The translations under genes and the position numbers were made by a program. Below are positions 49,425 through 61,674 of a stretch of 64,000 nt of DNA, piece by piece. The stretch's first letter is position 1. Every line of letters starts with the position of its first letter. The notes beneath the pieces are model-generated. The model did not search any database and was not told the DNA's origin. It saw nothing but the letters and a program-made list of their open reading frames with translations. The stretch covers positions 36,834,437 to 36,898,436 of the forward strand of contig NC_092672.1 of the NCBI RefSeq assembly GCF_964355755.1. The letters are read 5' to 3'. This DNA is from Antedon mediterranea (lineage: Eukaryota > Animalia > Echinodermata).

Positions 49425-52400
49425 ATGGCAGCGGCTAATACCAGAATTCTATTCGAGGAATTCAACGTCCAGGATGGAGACATAGATACGTATGTGGACA
49501 GGCTGGAACAATATTTTGTGGCATTAGATATCAATGACGGAGGTAAGAAAAGAGCGATATTATTGAGTAGTTTAGGAGAGGCTGGATACACAACGATACG
49601 AGATTTGTGTTTTCCTGATAAACCAAGTACAAAATCGTACGATACGCTCACAACCAAGCTCAAAGAGCATTACAAACCTACTCGAATAACGATTTCTGAA
49701 CGATTTATATTCAGAAATGTAAAACGGACACCGGGACAGACTATTTCTCAATTTGTATCACATCTAAAGAAAAAGGCGATACATTGTGGTTTTGAAGGAG
49801 AGGCATCCCGAGAGGCATTGGAAAACGCACTGCGTGATCAGTTCGTATGTGGACTAATAAGTCAGAGCATCCAAAAGAAATTATTGACAAAGAACCATAC
49901 GTTCAAGGAAGCAACAGACATAGCCATAGCCTCGGAGGCAGCAACAGCGAATATGAAAAGTATGTCGCACGATGTTGACAAGCCAATCAACCACGTTACG
50001 TCTAACAGCAGGAAGTCTACGAAAACTTATCAAGCGTCAAAACTAACGCGAACGCAGAAATGTGACCGCTGTGGTATGAACAATCATACAAGAGATACGT
50101 GTAAATACAAAAACGCTACATGCTTTAAATGCAACAAACAAGGACACCTAAAATCAGAATGCAGGCAGTCGAGTAAATCAACAAAACAATATAAACCTAA
50201 ATCCATCAAGCAAGTAGAAGCACCGGATTACGACGAAGGTAATGACGATTTTGTAGATAAAATGTTTTGCGTAGGACAATTCGGTACCACCAATAACGGT
50301 ACAGATGCGAGTTGATGATATAGATATTGATTTTGAAGTAGATACGGGCGCAGCAGTATCGATAATTAGCTTTGACGATTACGAAAGCAAGCTTAGCAAT
50401 CTACCATTAAAGTCAGTAAAACGTACACTTCACGCATACACAGGTACTAAGCTCGATATAGCAGGAGAAATTAAAGTCACCGTGAACTATAGGGGCCAGA
50501 GTAACGTTCTCCCACTGATAGTAGTGAGAACGCAGCGACGAAACTCACCACCCTTGCTTGGAAGAACCTGGTTAGAAGTGATTAAGTTGGACTGGAAGTC
50601 ATTATTTCCACCATCGCTTGCTCAGAATTCGGTAGAAATAGATAACGATGTCGGTCAGTCATTCAAACGGAAGTTCCCAGAAGTTTTCCGAACGGAATTA
50701 GGTACGGTTCAGGGACACAAAGCGACATTACATCTAAAAGTGAACGCAATCCCAAAATTCTGCAAAGCTCGAAATGTTCCATTTGCGCTACGCTCCGCAG
50801 TTGAGGTAGAGTTAGACAGAATGCAAAACGAAAGGAGTTATTTATCCGGTAGACTTTAGTCAGTGGGCAACCCCATTGGTATGTATTCCAAAGGCCGATG
50901 GCAGGGTACGTGTCTGCGGAGATTATAAAGTAACAGTCAACCCGAGTTTAAATTGCGACCAATATCCAATTCCGACCCCAGAGGAAGTTTTCACCAAGTT
51001 GGGAGGTGGAAAGCGATTCTCTAAGATTGATTTGAAATGTGCGTACCAGCAGTTAGTACTGGAAGACGAGGCGCAAGAGTTGGTAACGATCAACACGCAC
51101 CGCGGATTATATCGATACACGAGGTTACCGTTTGGTATTTCGTCCAGTCCAGCCATATGGCAGCGATTCATAGAACAGGTGATAGCAGGACTTAAAGTAA
51201 CATGTGCGATCATGGACGATGTTCTTGTTACAGGTGCGTCTGATAAAGAGCATATTAGTAATCTTGAGAAACTATTTGAGAGATTTAACAAGTATGGTCT
51301 CAGAGTGAAAGCTGAGAAATGCGCGTTTGTACAAAAGGAAGTAGTCTACATGGGACGTAAGCTATCAGCAGCAGGAATTCAACCGACAAACGATAAAGTG
51401 AAAGCCATCAAGGATGCACGAGCACCACAGAATGAAACAGAACTAAGATCCTGGCTAGGACTAGTTAACTATCACGCGTCATTTATTCCACGATTATCGA
51501 CGATGATACATCCTTTGAATGAGCTGTTGGGAAGCAAACCATGGTCATGGACTGTCGACTGTAGTAAAGCGTTTAACGCGGTAAAGCGAATTATTAGTGA
51601 AGACATGATGTTGACGCATTATGACCCATTAAAACCACTGGAACTATACACGGACGCATCACCATACGAGTTGGCGCAGTCATTTGCCACGTAAACGAGA
51701 ACAATATCAAAACACCGATCACGTACGCATCGCGAAGCCTGCATAAACACGAAAAGGGTTATGCACAACTAGACAAGGAAGCCCTAAGCATCATGTTTGG
51801 ACTTCAAAGGTTTAGAACATACTTATACGGACGGAAATTCACGATAAGAACTGATCATAAGCCACTTGAACGCATTCTAGGACCTAAATCAGCTATTCCG
51901 ACACTGGCCGCACAGAGATTACAGCGATGGGCAATCGTACTGTCAGCGTTCGAATAGGATTTAAAGTTCATTCCTGGAAAACAGAACGTAATTGCCGACG
52001 CACTCTCACGTCTCCCAATGCCATACGAAGGACGGGAAGACGATGCAGTATACAACATAGCGGGGCATACATTAGACAATTTGCCAGTCACGAGTACGAA
52101 CGTACAACAGCATACCACGAAAGACTCGCTATTGAGCAAAGTGTTATACATGGTACAGACAGGTTTATGGCAGTCAGAAAACGACGACGATCTAAAACCA
52201 TTCCTACACCGAAGAGACGAATTGAGTGTAGAACAGGACTGTTTGCTGTGGGGATACAGGGTAGTGATTCCACCGAAACTCAGAGGGGCAGTTCTGGAGG
52301 AGCTTCATTGTGCTCACCCCGGAATCGTGCGTATGAAAGAGATTGCGCGAAGTCATGTCTGGTGGCCCCAGATAGATTCCGACATTGAACGATTGGTGAA

Positions 52401-53533
52401 GCAATGTCAAGCATGTCACCAAACACAAAGTCGACCAAGCGTAGCACCAATGATGCCCTGGATCTGGCCAAATCAGCCTTGGACACGAATACATATTGAC
52501 TATGCGCAGAAAGATAAACGAGATTATCTAGTAGTGGTTGACTCATATTCGAAATGGCCAGAAGTCGTTCAGATGAACAGTACGACGAGTGCAGCGACCA
52601 TCAAAGCGATGAGAGAGTTGTTCAGTAGATACGGATTGCCTGTTCAACTTGTAAGCGATAATGGACCTCAATTTGTTAGCGACGAATTTGAATTCTTCTT
52701 AAAGCAAAACGGGGTGAAACATGTAAAGGTTGCACCTTATCACGCCGCAAGCAACGGAGCAGCAGAACGAATGGTTCAATCTTTCAAAAGATCGTTAGCG
52801 GCAAGCCGAGCGAATGGGAAGGATTTCCAACAATGTTTGGACAGATTTCTTTTATCGTATCGCACAACAAAACACGCAACTACGGGACAAACGCCAGCGA
52901 AGTTATTCATGGGCCGTGAGTTACGTAGCCATAACATCGGCATGGGTTCGAGGCTCACTCACTCCATGGTTCTGGTGGTAGAACGAGTCTTCTCGGATAA
53001 GGACTATAAACCGTAGGTCCAGTGTACACATCTAGCTCGTGTGCACTTTAAAGAACCTAGTACATCTTTCGAGACGAGTAGGGGGTTACCCCGGTGTATT
53101 AGTACATCACAGCCACTGATCACCAACTGGGCCCTCTGGGAGACCAGTCTTTGACTGAAGAGGTTACCCAGTATAAATATATATTTCAATTCAATTCAGT
53201 TGAGAACGCGAGTATCACTTTTACATCCCAGTACAGAAAACAAGGTACACAAGCAGAGTGATCAGAAGCTTCATCACGACAAAACGAAAGATCTACGAGA
53301 ATTTTACCCAGGTGAAATGGTATTAGTGAAAGATTTCCGACAAGAGGGAAAGTGGTGGCCAGGTACCGTGATAGAACGTACCGCTCCAAAATCATACGTA
53401 ATTAGTGTTGAGGATGGCCGAGTGTGGAAAAGACACATTGACCAGTTGAAAGCGACAGACGCGGACGCTTACGCGAGTAAAACCCCTACTTCACATAGCG
53501 AGTTGGAACACAAGATTAAACAGACAGTACCAA
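49425..53533 (+). pseudogene. Gypsy gag-pol, disrupted
   Basis: Gag with two CCHC knuckles (CDRCGMNNHTRDTC, CFKCNKQGHLKSEC), protease VDTGA, RT (RLPFG, IMDD), RNase H (TDASPY), integrase (H-H-C-C, HIDY, SDNGPQF, AERMV); several frameshifts, an in-frame stop and two insertions. Confidence 0.93.
52923..53197 (+). mobile_element. 5'-truncated SINE inserted in the integrase
   Basis: Interrupts GREL|RTRVSLL; AGTT duplicated at both sides; B-box-like GGTTCGAGGC, core CGGATAAGGACTATAAACCGTAGGTCC, (TTCAA)n tail. Confidence 0.8.
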
Positions 53534-53987
53534 CAAAGATTGTATAGCGCCGCTACGCTGCGCAAGATAGGTAACTGGGTGAGACCTTTGTAATCCATGG
53601 ACGCCATTCCGGCGGACAAGTTTGAACCGGAATAAAGTCGTTGTCAAGGCAATATCCACGATGTTTCGGTTAAAGAACGAAGTTGTCTAACCAAACATAT
53701 CAATGTAAACACACAGAATTAATCGGAAGGTGTCCAGATCCCAAAGAAATTTTTATTTTACTTTGTTTACATAATTTCTTCTCTTTTCGATCAATCAATC
53801 ATAAAGATGGTTAACCACAGATACTTCAAGGCGGACCGCAAAATTTAAACCATTTACATTTAAATCACAATAATAACCTGTCCGCCCGAATGGCGTCCAT
53901 GTATTTACTGGGCGCGTAGTGTTATAAGATAGGAGCTTGGCAACAGTTACCTATCTTGCACCGCGTAGCGGCGCTATATAATCTTTG
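53534..53987. mobile_element. P-element-type MITE inserted at the end of pol
   Basis: TIR CAAAGATTGTATAGCGCCGCTACGC / GCGTAGCGGCGCTATATAATCTTTG; 7-bp TSD GTACCAA (53527, 53988). Confidence 0.88.
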
Positions 53988-56170
53988 GTACCAATAACGA
54001 TTTTGCGAGCGAAACGATTGCGAACAAAGAGCAAACATCCACCAACCAACCGGTTGAAGAGGAACATAGATTGTCTTCATCGCCTGAGGTTATTCCACGA
54101 CGCTCCACGCGACTTCAAAGGAAGCCAACGCGACTTATCGAAGAGATATAGAACTTGTGAACAATGTTATTATTATGAACGTTAAAGTTACGTTGTTCAT
54201 GTTTTTACACAAAGTTATAATGGTGAGAATTACTCACATTTGTTAATTATATGAGGAACCAAATAAGAGCTATCTGGAACTATAGAAGCAGTAATTTAAT
54301 CACGATGATTAACCTATTTGATTAACAAGATAATTAACGAAAGGTTATTGTGCTTATTGATATAATGTTAACGTTAAAATAAGAAAGGAGGAGTGTAGTA
54401 TATGCACGCGCACATATATATATATGCGTACTCCGCATATGCTCTGACGACGTTAGCCTACAAAACGTTCTATACTTGTTCATGACTACTAGTTGGTTTC
54501 ATTAAATACGTTCATTATTATACTCATCTCAACGTACTTATTAATTTTTCTACGACGATACACGACATTACATCTCTCAGGTAATACTAATAGGCCTTTA
54601 CGGTAGCTATACAGTTACGTTACCGATCGTCTGCATATGGTTTTAAAGTTATATTAGGCTAGTACACTTATGAAAATGAACTAAACTAATTCCTCCCTGC
54701 TTCACTAAACATAAACATATCGATACAATTACCATTTAGTGAATGCTAATTATTAGATATTTAGATAATTGCCTACATGTTGTAAATTGTTTTACTTACC
54801 TTAAAAACGCATAAGTTCAGTTGTTGAAGAGGATCGAAAATAGAACTTATGAACGCTCTCGTCAAGTCATAGTAATTGTACAGTATTACCAATACGGAAA
54901 TCGATACATGTTGTTGGGTTTTATATCTTTTATTACCTTTCGTCAATTCGTGTATTAATATTCTTAGTAAATGAAAACATGATGCTGAACTGAACTATAT
55001 TTATTGGCCGTGAAAAAAAGCTTCATTTAATCATTTGACAATAAGAAGAGTCATTAATAGTTGGAACAATATCAGTTAATTCTGTTCAGGCCTACGCCTA
55101 TTGCTTATTGCTGGCAAGATTGTGCTTGATATAGCCTAACATGAAAATGAAATGAAAAATGCCGAATTAAAATATTTATAAATATTATCAAAGAACTTAT
55201 TCTTTAATATTATTATGAAACATTGCCCTTTTTTTCAAAGAATAAAAATAGCAAATTATTGTTTTTGTTAGAATGAGTGGAACGCTCACTTCGCCTGCGA
55301 GGACCTGCCCACAGATGATTCTCGAATACATTTCGACGTAAAAAACTGGCAATGTTAAAATGTACCGAGGCTCACTATGCAGGACTAATACCCGTCGTTC
55401 ACAAGGGGCAAATAAATACAGACATAATAATAGATAATAATTGCGAATAATCGCGTTGGCATAGTACAAAATCTAAATTTTGCCGTAAAAGCGCTCGCGC
55501 ATAATGGTTCCTATACAACTATGAATTTGCCTCGTAAGGTAAACGTCATAAGTTCCGTTCAGTTATTCAAAATGTCGACATAAGCACTCTCGTGCAACTA
55601 GTTCCTTTCAGTTCAGTTGAGTTCCGTTTCGACATAAGGGCCCCTTTAGGCCTATATTATACTTTATTTTAATTAATTTTATTTTAGATTCACAGCAGGC
55701 ATAGTTGACATTTTAATCTGTTTTAATATCCTTAGGCCTACATTTTAAAAATCACATTACGTACATCAGTTTATATCATATTCCTCACTATTCTAAACGT
55801 CACTATTTTATTTTTTGAACCAAAAAAAGCAAAATAAAAACATAACTTAAAATTGATTTGTTCACAACGCATCGAATAGCCATGGCAACGCAATATTACA
55901 TTATTCCTATAACAGAACAGATCCATTGATGTTGACAACTAACTTAAATGACATTATTGGTGCCCTCTTAAAACATTATTTGTCTCTCCGCAGAAAACTG
56001 AATTGTTCAAATTATTGTTTAGAATAGAGTCGCGAATGCCACTTTGTTATAGTTGTAGTCAATCGATCGCATCTTTTGTACTTTTTCAGATCACTTCGTT
56101 GTATTTCGTTATTCTGTACTTCTGAACCGGCCATGGGGTTCCTTAAGGTATCCTACCCATTTTTATATCT

Positions 56171-58012
56171 TTAATAAACATCATTTTCGAGTAACTTATC
56201 GTCTTTGTAAGTGTCTTTAACCTGCGCTGCAAGCAACTCATCTTTAAACAGGTTTTCGTAACTTAATTCTGTAGAATGCCGCTGTTCTTCATTACAGTAC
56301 GTATTTGGTAGCCAATCTCTGGCATCTGGATACGTGTATTCAAATTCCGCGGTGCTTGGTTTCATGACTTCGTATCCTACATCTGGTGGCAGTGGTGGTG
56401 GGGGTGGAGGTGGAGGCGGTGGTGGTGCAATTGGTTGATAAGTGTTCTTTTGTTGCAAATGTAATTGTTGTTGATGTTTCTTTACGTTGCTTCGAGGTTT
56501 GTGTTTCTCATCTTTAAAAAAAGCAAAATATATAAATACCGGTACTGGGTCATTTATTATGAAAAGTTGAAAGTAAACATAGGAATATATTGCGCCAAGA
56601 TATGAACAAATTTAATCTAAGTGTAAAGCTGTAGCTTGGTGGTTAAACGTGCTTGTCTTTCAATCCAAAGGCCCAGGGTTCAGTATATTATTGCCAGGGT
56701 TGTAACTCACGACTTTTTCAACTCCACTCCCTAGGCCTAAAATAAGACTTATATATTCAAGACAACCACGATAAATTATAAAATAGTTTATCCATCTTGT
56801 AATTGGGGTTATTCGCTGTTGGATGAATTAAAGCTTGGCTCCCACTAGGACGCAACAAGGATGTAAGAGCAACGCAAGTAATTTGACCAATCACGACGCG
56901 TTCAATTGTGATCCATCGCATTGTGATTGGTCAAATGTTGTTGTTCCTGTGTGCGTTGCGTCCTAGTGGGAAGTACTCAAAATGTATGATCAGGGTGTGA
57001 CTTCTTGAGAACTCTCCATTATTTGAAAACATAGACTTATTATTCATAGGAAAATAAGTGCTTATTTAATAACAGTGTGGTCTTACGTGTTTTCATCGGC
57101 GTTGAACTACTTGATGTGTTTAGAGTGTATCTAGAAAAAGAATATAGGTATTAATGAAATCTTTAATAATGATATAAAAAAGCTTCAACAAAACAATTAA
57201 ATATAATGATTTTTTTATTTTATATTAACATGATGGGGCTATCATAATATTGTATACCATCATAGTGTTCCGCCCTCTAGTGGATGTTATTGCCGCACTT
57301 ATCAAGAAATAGTTGCGTATGTTATCATTATTATACAATGTGCTATATAATTAATATATTTTTAATATTAAATTGATCAAAGGTCCGATATACAATTTAG
57401 TATTAAAGACCAAGACACAACTCATAAATCCAGTACATAGGCTTATAGTTCTACAGCAAACCATCGAACAGTTTTGACACCGTGAAGCTCTCATCTAAAC
57501 ACCATCAAACTTTGTGACAAACAAAATGTGATGTGCGCCCCTATATGGACATGATGTTTAGGAATATCACTACCATATTTGGACACATCACATTTTTGTT
57601 GTCAAACTAGTTTGATAGTGTAGACAGAGATTAAGTGACCACATCCATTCTACCACACCCAATGCTTAACCTATTTAGACATTTGGTCAGATTATTATAT
57701 TTAGTTAGAATCTAAATGACAACCTTGCAATACTGTTAAATTTTAATGTTTTTTTAATGCCTTTCTGAATGTTTAAATTTTATGCGTAGTTTTGCTGTGA
57801 ATTTGTCATTTTTAATGTTTCAATCTTGATGATGAATACAATATTTTCAGACTTTTGTCTACTTTTTGTAAATGTTTTATATCTGAATAAATAAACAAAA
57901 TAACTTACTTATTTCTATAAACTAGTTTTCTATATAAAAAACAGACAATCACGAACAGAGCAGCGACTGCCAGTGACAGGAGCGTTATGATTACAGTGCA
58001 TGTCGTATCCAT
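56171..58012 (-). CDS. Receptor 3: short membrane-anchored adaptor-like protein, about 162 aa (or the intact 3' part of a pseudogene); exons 57909-58012, 57087-57130, 56171-56511
   Basis: MDTTC-TVIITLLSLAVAALFVIVCFL-YRKLVYRNK, then a small exon ending MKT with the same 2/1 intron phases as receptors 1 and 2, then a tail with poly-Pro, YQPI, YEVM, YTYPD and YENL. In-frame stop a few codons upstream of the ATG. Confidence 0.6.
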
Positions 58013-58455
58013 CGCTAAACTTTCTCCTTTCTGCTACTTCATTATTTTTATTTCTCTTCAGTCTTTCCTAAAAGTTCACCAGTCGTTTTTAATTGCCTTC
58101 AACGATCTTCTCTACAAATGTTTATTGTTTTGCGAAAAAGATGACGCAATTTCATGTTGTACAGAATGTTGTAAGAATAGGCCTATACTATTTTTATGAT
58201 GTTACACTATTTCCTTGAATGTACAGTTATCACATAAAAACAGTAGTTTGCAAGAATAATGTGCTCACCGCAACACTTAAAACTCCATAAAAAAATATGT
58301 GTATTCGTGTATCCTTTGTATATTGTATTCAGCTATGCCGCTTCTCCTGTAAGAACCACTGTTCCAGTACCGGTATCTCTCCTTGCTGCTACCTCCAGTA
58401 TATATGATAATATTTTTAGAACAGAGAGCTATTTTCCGATGTCAACAAGCCTCAT
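58013..58455 (-). pseudogene. Possible decayed signal peptide/Cys-rich ectodomain of receptor 3
   Basis: MRLVDIGK*LSVLKILSYILEVAA..., KCCGEH, CDNCTFKE, FCTT*NCVIFF scattered over shifting frames with stops; weak resemblance to receptor 1 (KKCTFNQ, NNCRIII). Confidence 0.4.
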
Positions 58456-58957
58456 TAAAGCAGATTGCTTATAAGATTATACACATTAAACATGTACACA
58501 AGAATTCACCTTTCAGTTTTACCATTATTTGATTGTTATAATTCGTTTCGATGTAGTTTCGTGCTTAGTTTTGTTTATTGTTTTAGAGTTTACACAGACT
58601 GATCAGTTCATGGTCAATTAAGTATAATGTTCAATGTTGAATTGTTATTAACTATATCAATTTATGGCCGTTTCTAAACTTTCCTCTTTGACAGTTACAC
58701 GGTAGCTTTTCCAATCAATGAAACCGATATTTGAAACATATTATTGATTATTTGAAAATCAATACATATTCAATTATTGAATATTTTTATCCAAAGGTGC
58801 GTGTTTAAATTGACAGAAAGCATGAAGAATCTTATGAGGTTTATGTAATCAAAAGATGTTCTTTTTATTGCTGATCCATACAAAATATTCCATACTGTCA
58901 AATTATTGAAACAGTGCTCATACTCGGAATAAAGTGGTTAACTTGCGAAGAAGAAAC

Positions 58958-59776
58958 GTTTTTAGTCGCGTGGAAGCGACTCTATAGTTCACTATGTCGG
59001 TCGGTCGGTCTGTCTGTCTGTCTGTCTGTCGGTTTGTCGGTCTGTCTGTCGGTCTGTCTGTCTGTCGGTCCGGTATCACTATGCGTTTTATCGCTTTATG
59101 ACCGTATCTTGATATCAGTTTAATCTAGCTAAGTCAATTTTTCACAGAATATTCCTTATGGCCAGGAATCGATGTGGTTATGTTTTCACGGTGCGCAATA
59201 AAAAATTACGCGGTCTACGCACGATTTAACGAAATCACGTTTGTAATCATATCTTAACAACCATGAATCACAATTAAATAAAATTTGGTACTCATAAATT
59301 TCAGGGCATAAATCATCATATGGCAATACAATTATGTGCGTAGCGCATGTAACGCATGCGTACGCGCGCTTAAAATTTTCAAAATTTATTTTCTATGAAA
59401 TAAGAGTACGTTTCAGGCAATTTTAAGCGTTTACAAAATTGCCATGAGTGCGCAGATTTTTGCGCGCGCACTGCGCGTTAAATGTTATTGCGCACTCTTT
59501 TTACCCGATTTCTGTTTTCTTGACTTACTTTTCAACTCGAAATTACGTTATACGAGCACGTCAAAAGTGACAGGCTACGCACGTGTAAATTAAAATATAA
59601 ATGTTTTTAAACATTTCAACATTTTTAAACATGTTCAGTAATTTCGGTCAGTATAGTTCACTATGTCGGTCGGTCCGTCTGTCTGTCGGTCTGTCTGTCT
59701 GTCGGTCTGTTTGTCTGTCGGTCCGGTATCACTATGCATTGTAGCACGCGACTTTTAATGGCTGTTGGCCTTGTTA
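58958..59776 (+). mobile_element. DINE-1/Helentron-associated (HINE-like) non-autonomous element
   Basis: Starts TTTTAGTCGCGTG; duplicated core TATAGTTCACTATGTCGGTCGGTC followed by (GTCT/GTCG)n microsatellite at 58983 and 59653; subterminal inverted CACGCGACT; ends TTGGCCTTGTT. Confidence 0.65.
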
Positions 59777-61674
59777 TAATAATGTTAACAATAAAAAATG
59801 TCTCTGGAGGGATTCGAACCTGTGACCTCTTGCCTCGCAATACAATTGATTTACAAAATTTAGCATATATGCCTATAAAAGAAACAAAGAAAAAACTGTA
59901 GCAAATAGCCATATCGGTACTTAAATTAAAACGTTAAAAAACGTTTAAACATGTTTAATTCATTTACCGCTACTTACAGTATTATTATACAACCCCCTCA
60001 TCGGGGGAGTAAATGTACTGCAAAGTGGTACTGTAGGGTATTAGGCCGATTTTCCACTAGGCGAATTTGTTCGCGCGAAGCCAAATCCTTCTCTACGCAT
60101 ATGCGTATTAGCTGACGCCTACATATTAATGTATTCAAGCACTTAAGATCCCATCAATAATGTAAGATAAAGAAATTGTTTAAATTCAATTCACCTTTAT
60201 TTCAGACAAATTGTCCATATGAAACATATACATACAATCAAAAGAGAAAGAAATACAAGGCATTATGTGACAACCGTCCAAGAAAGAGGACCACGAATTA
60301 TTATTTTGTTGACATATAGTGCCTCTCTCCACTTAAAATACATTTTGGAATCAAACAGTAAATATTCATAAATACAATAACATTTTTTGCTTAATTTTTT
60401 TTTTACTTTAAACCGACTACAAACCGAGAAATAAAGACAAAATTTTTATATATGTGAACTTTATTCAATTATCAATCGTACATTTTTTTTGTATTATAAT
60501 GGTAACCATAATAACGTGTATTTACAGTGATTTTTACAAAAAAAAAAATAATTATAAAATATATACAGTAATTATTTACAGTAATGGTAATAAAAACAGA
60601 AGTTGAATAATAAAATACTGAAAAATACAATTAAGTTTCATTAGAAAAGATGAATTTAATTGTTTTCAAGTGAATATTCCCCATTTATCTCTACTTGACC
60701 TACTCATGAATGTCTGAGAATGATATAGCGCCACGTGATTAATGTAATCATGTTTAATATTACAGTATTCAAATGCCAAGCAGTTGTGACGTAATTTCAC
60801 CTATGACGTAAACAAAAGTCACACGCGCCCATACTATTACACAAGTTGGACGCGCCCGTGTACACGTTACCTCCGGTGACAATGACTATAGGCTAGACAA
60901 CAACAGTCATGCAACCACGTGTTACTCTCGAACTACATACACTTTATTAACATTATTAATTAAGAATGATGACTAATGTGTTATGACACGCAAAAAATAT
61001 TATTTTTGTTATTTACAACTACAACACATTTACATGATTTCACTAGGTCTATTAGCAAGGCCTAAAATCCAATATGGACCTGACTTTTAGGTAAAAATAT
61101 AAAATATTCGTTCACCAAATTTAAATTTCATAAATGAACTGCTATATAATTTTACATAATTATGAACAAAGGCCCTATTCACACACATTAATTTAATTAA
61201 TGTACCTATATTTCTTGTTTTGTATACAAATTAATTTAAGTTATAACTAAAATCATAGCGAAGACATACTATGGAGTACTTATAGCCTATATAAATCATG
61301 GAGCTATATATTATTTATTAATGTATAGCTCCATGGATAAATCACTATTAATCACTTTTTATTTGTAACCATTATGCTGTGTTATTGTCACATGGTAAGA
61401 TTAGTAAACAATGACGTCATTTACTTAAGTTCCCACACCAAAGGCGCCGCCCACTTTTGTTTACGAATGGTAGAGGTCGCTGCTTAAAGTTGTTTTGTTG
61501 GTTTATTTCTTGTCCATTGAACTGTTCAGTATATATCGTCTGCCAGTTGGTTGGTTTCGAAGGTGGCTAGGATTTGCATTGTACTGGCATCAGGTAGTGT
61601 TTTGTAAGATAATAATATAAGTAAATCCATTGATTTGACGTTGAATACCAGATTTAAGAAAAATAACTTTAGGG

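Larger units (their letters stand above)
46397..54567 (+). mobile_element. Ty3/Gypsy LTR retrotransposon (short LTRs, Mag-like), full length but decayed
   Basis: 5' LTR 46397-49251 (split by a nested element) and 3' LTR 54394-54567, TG...CA; TSD TTACA (46392, 54568); PBS TGGCGACGAGGATGGGAT (49253-49270) complementary to the tRNA-Ser(GCT) 3' end; PPT AAGAAAGGAGGAG. Confidence 0.95.

Noticed and set aside
50300-51700. Programmed ribosomal frameshifts in gag-pol
   Set aside because: Multiple breaks inside PR, RT and RNase H plus an in-frame stop and insertions indicate decay, not recoding.
59795-59850. tRNA gene on the minus strand (GGTTCGAATCCCTCC)
   Set aside because: Only a B-box/T-arm is present; no acceptor stem or D-arm, so more likely a SINE or tRNA fragment.
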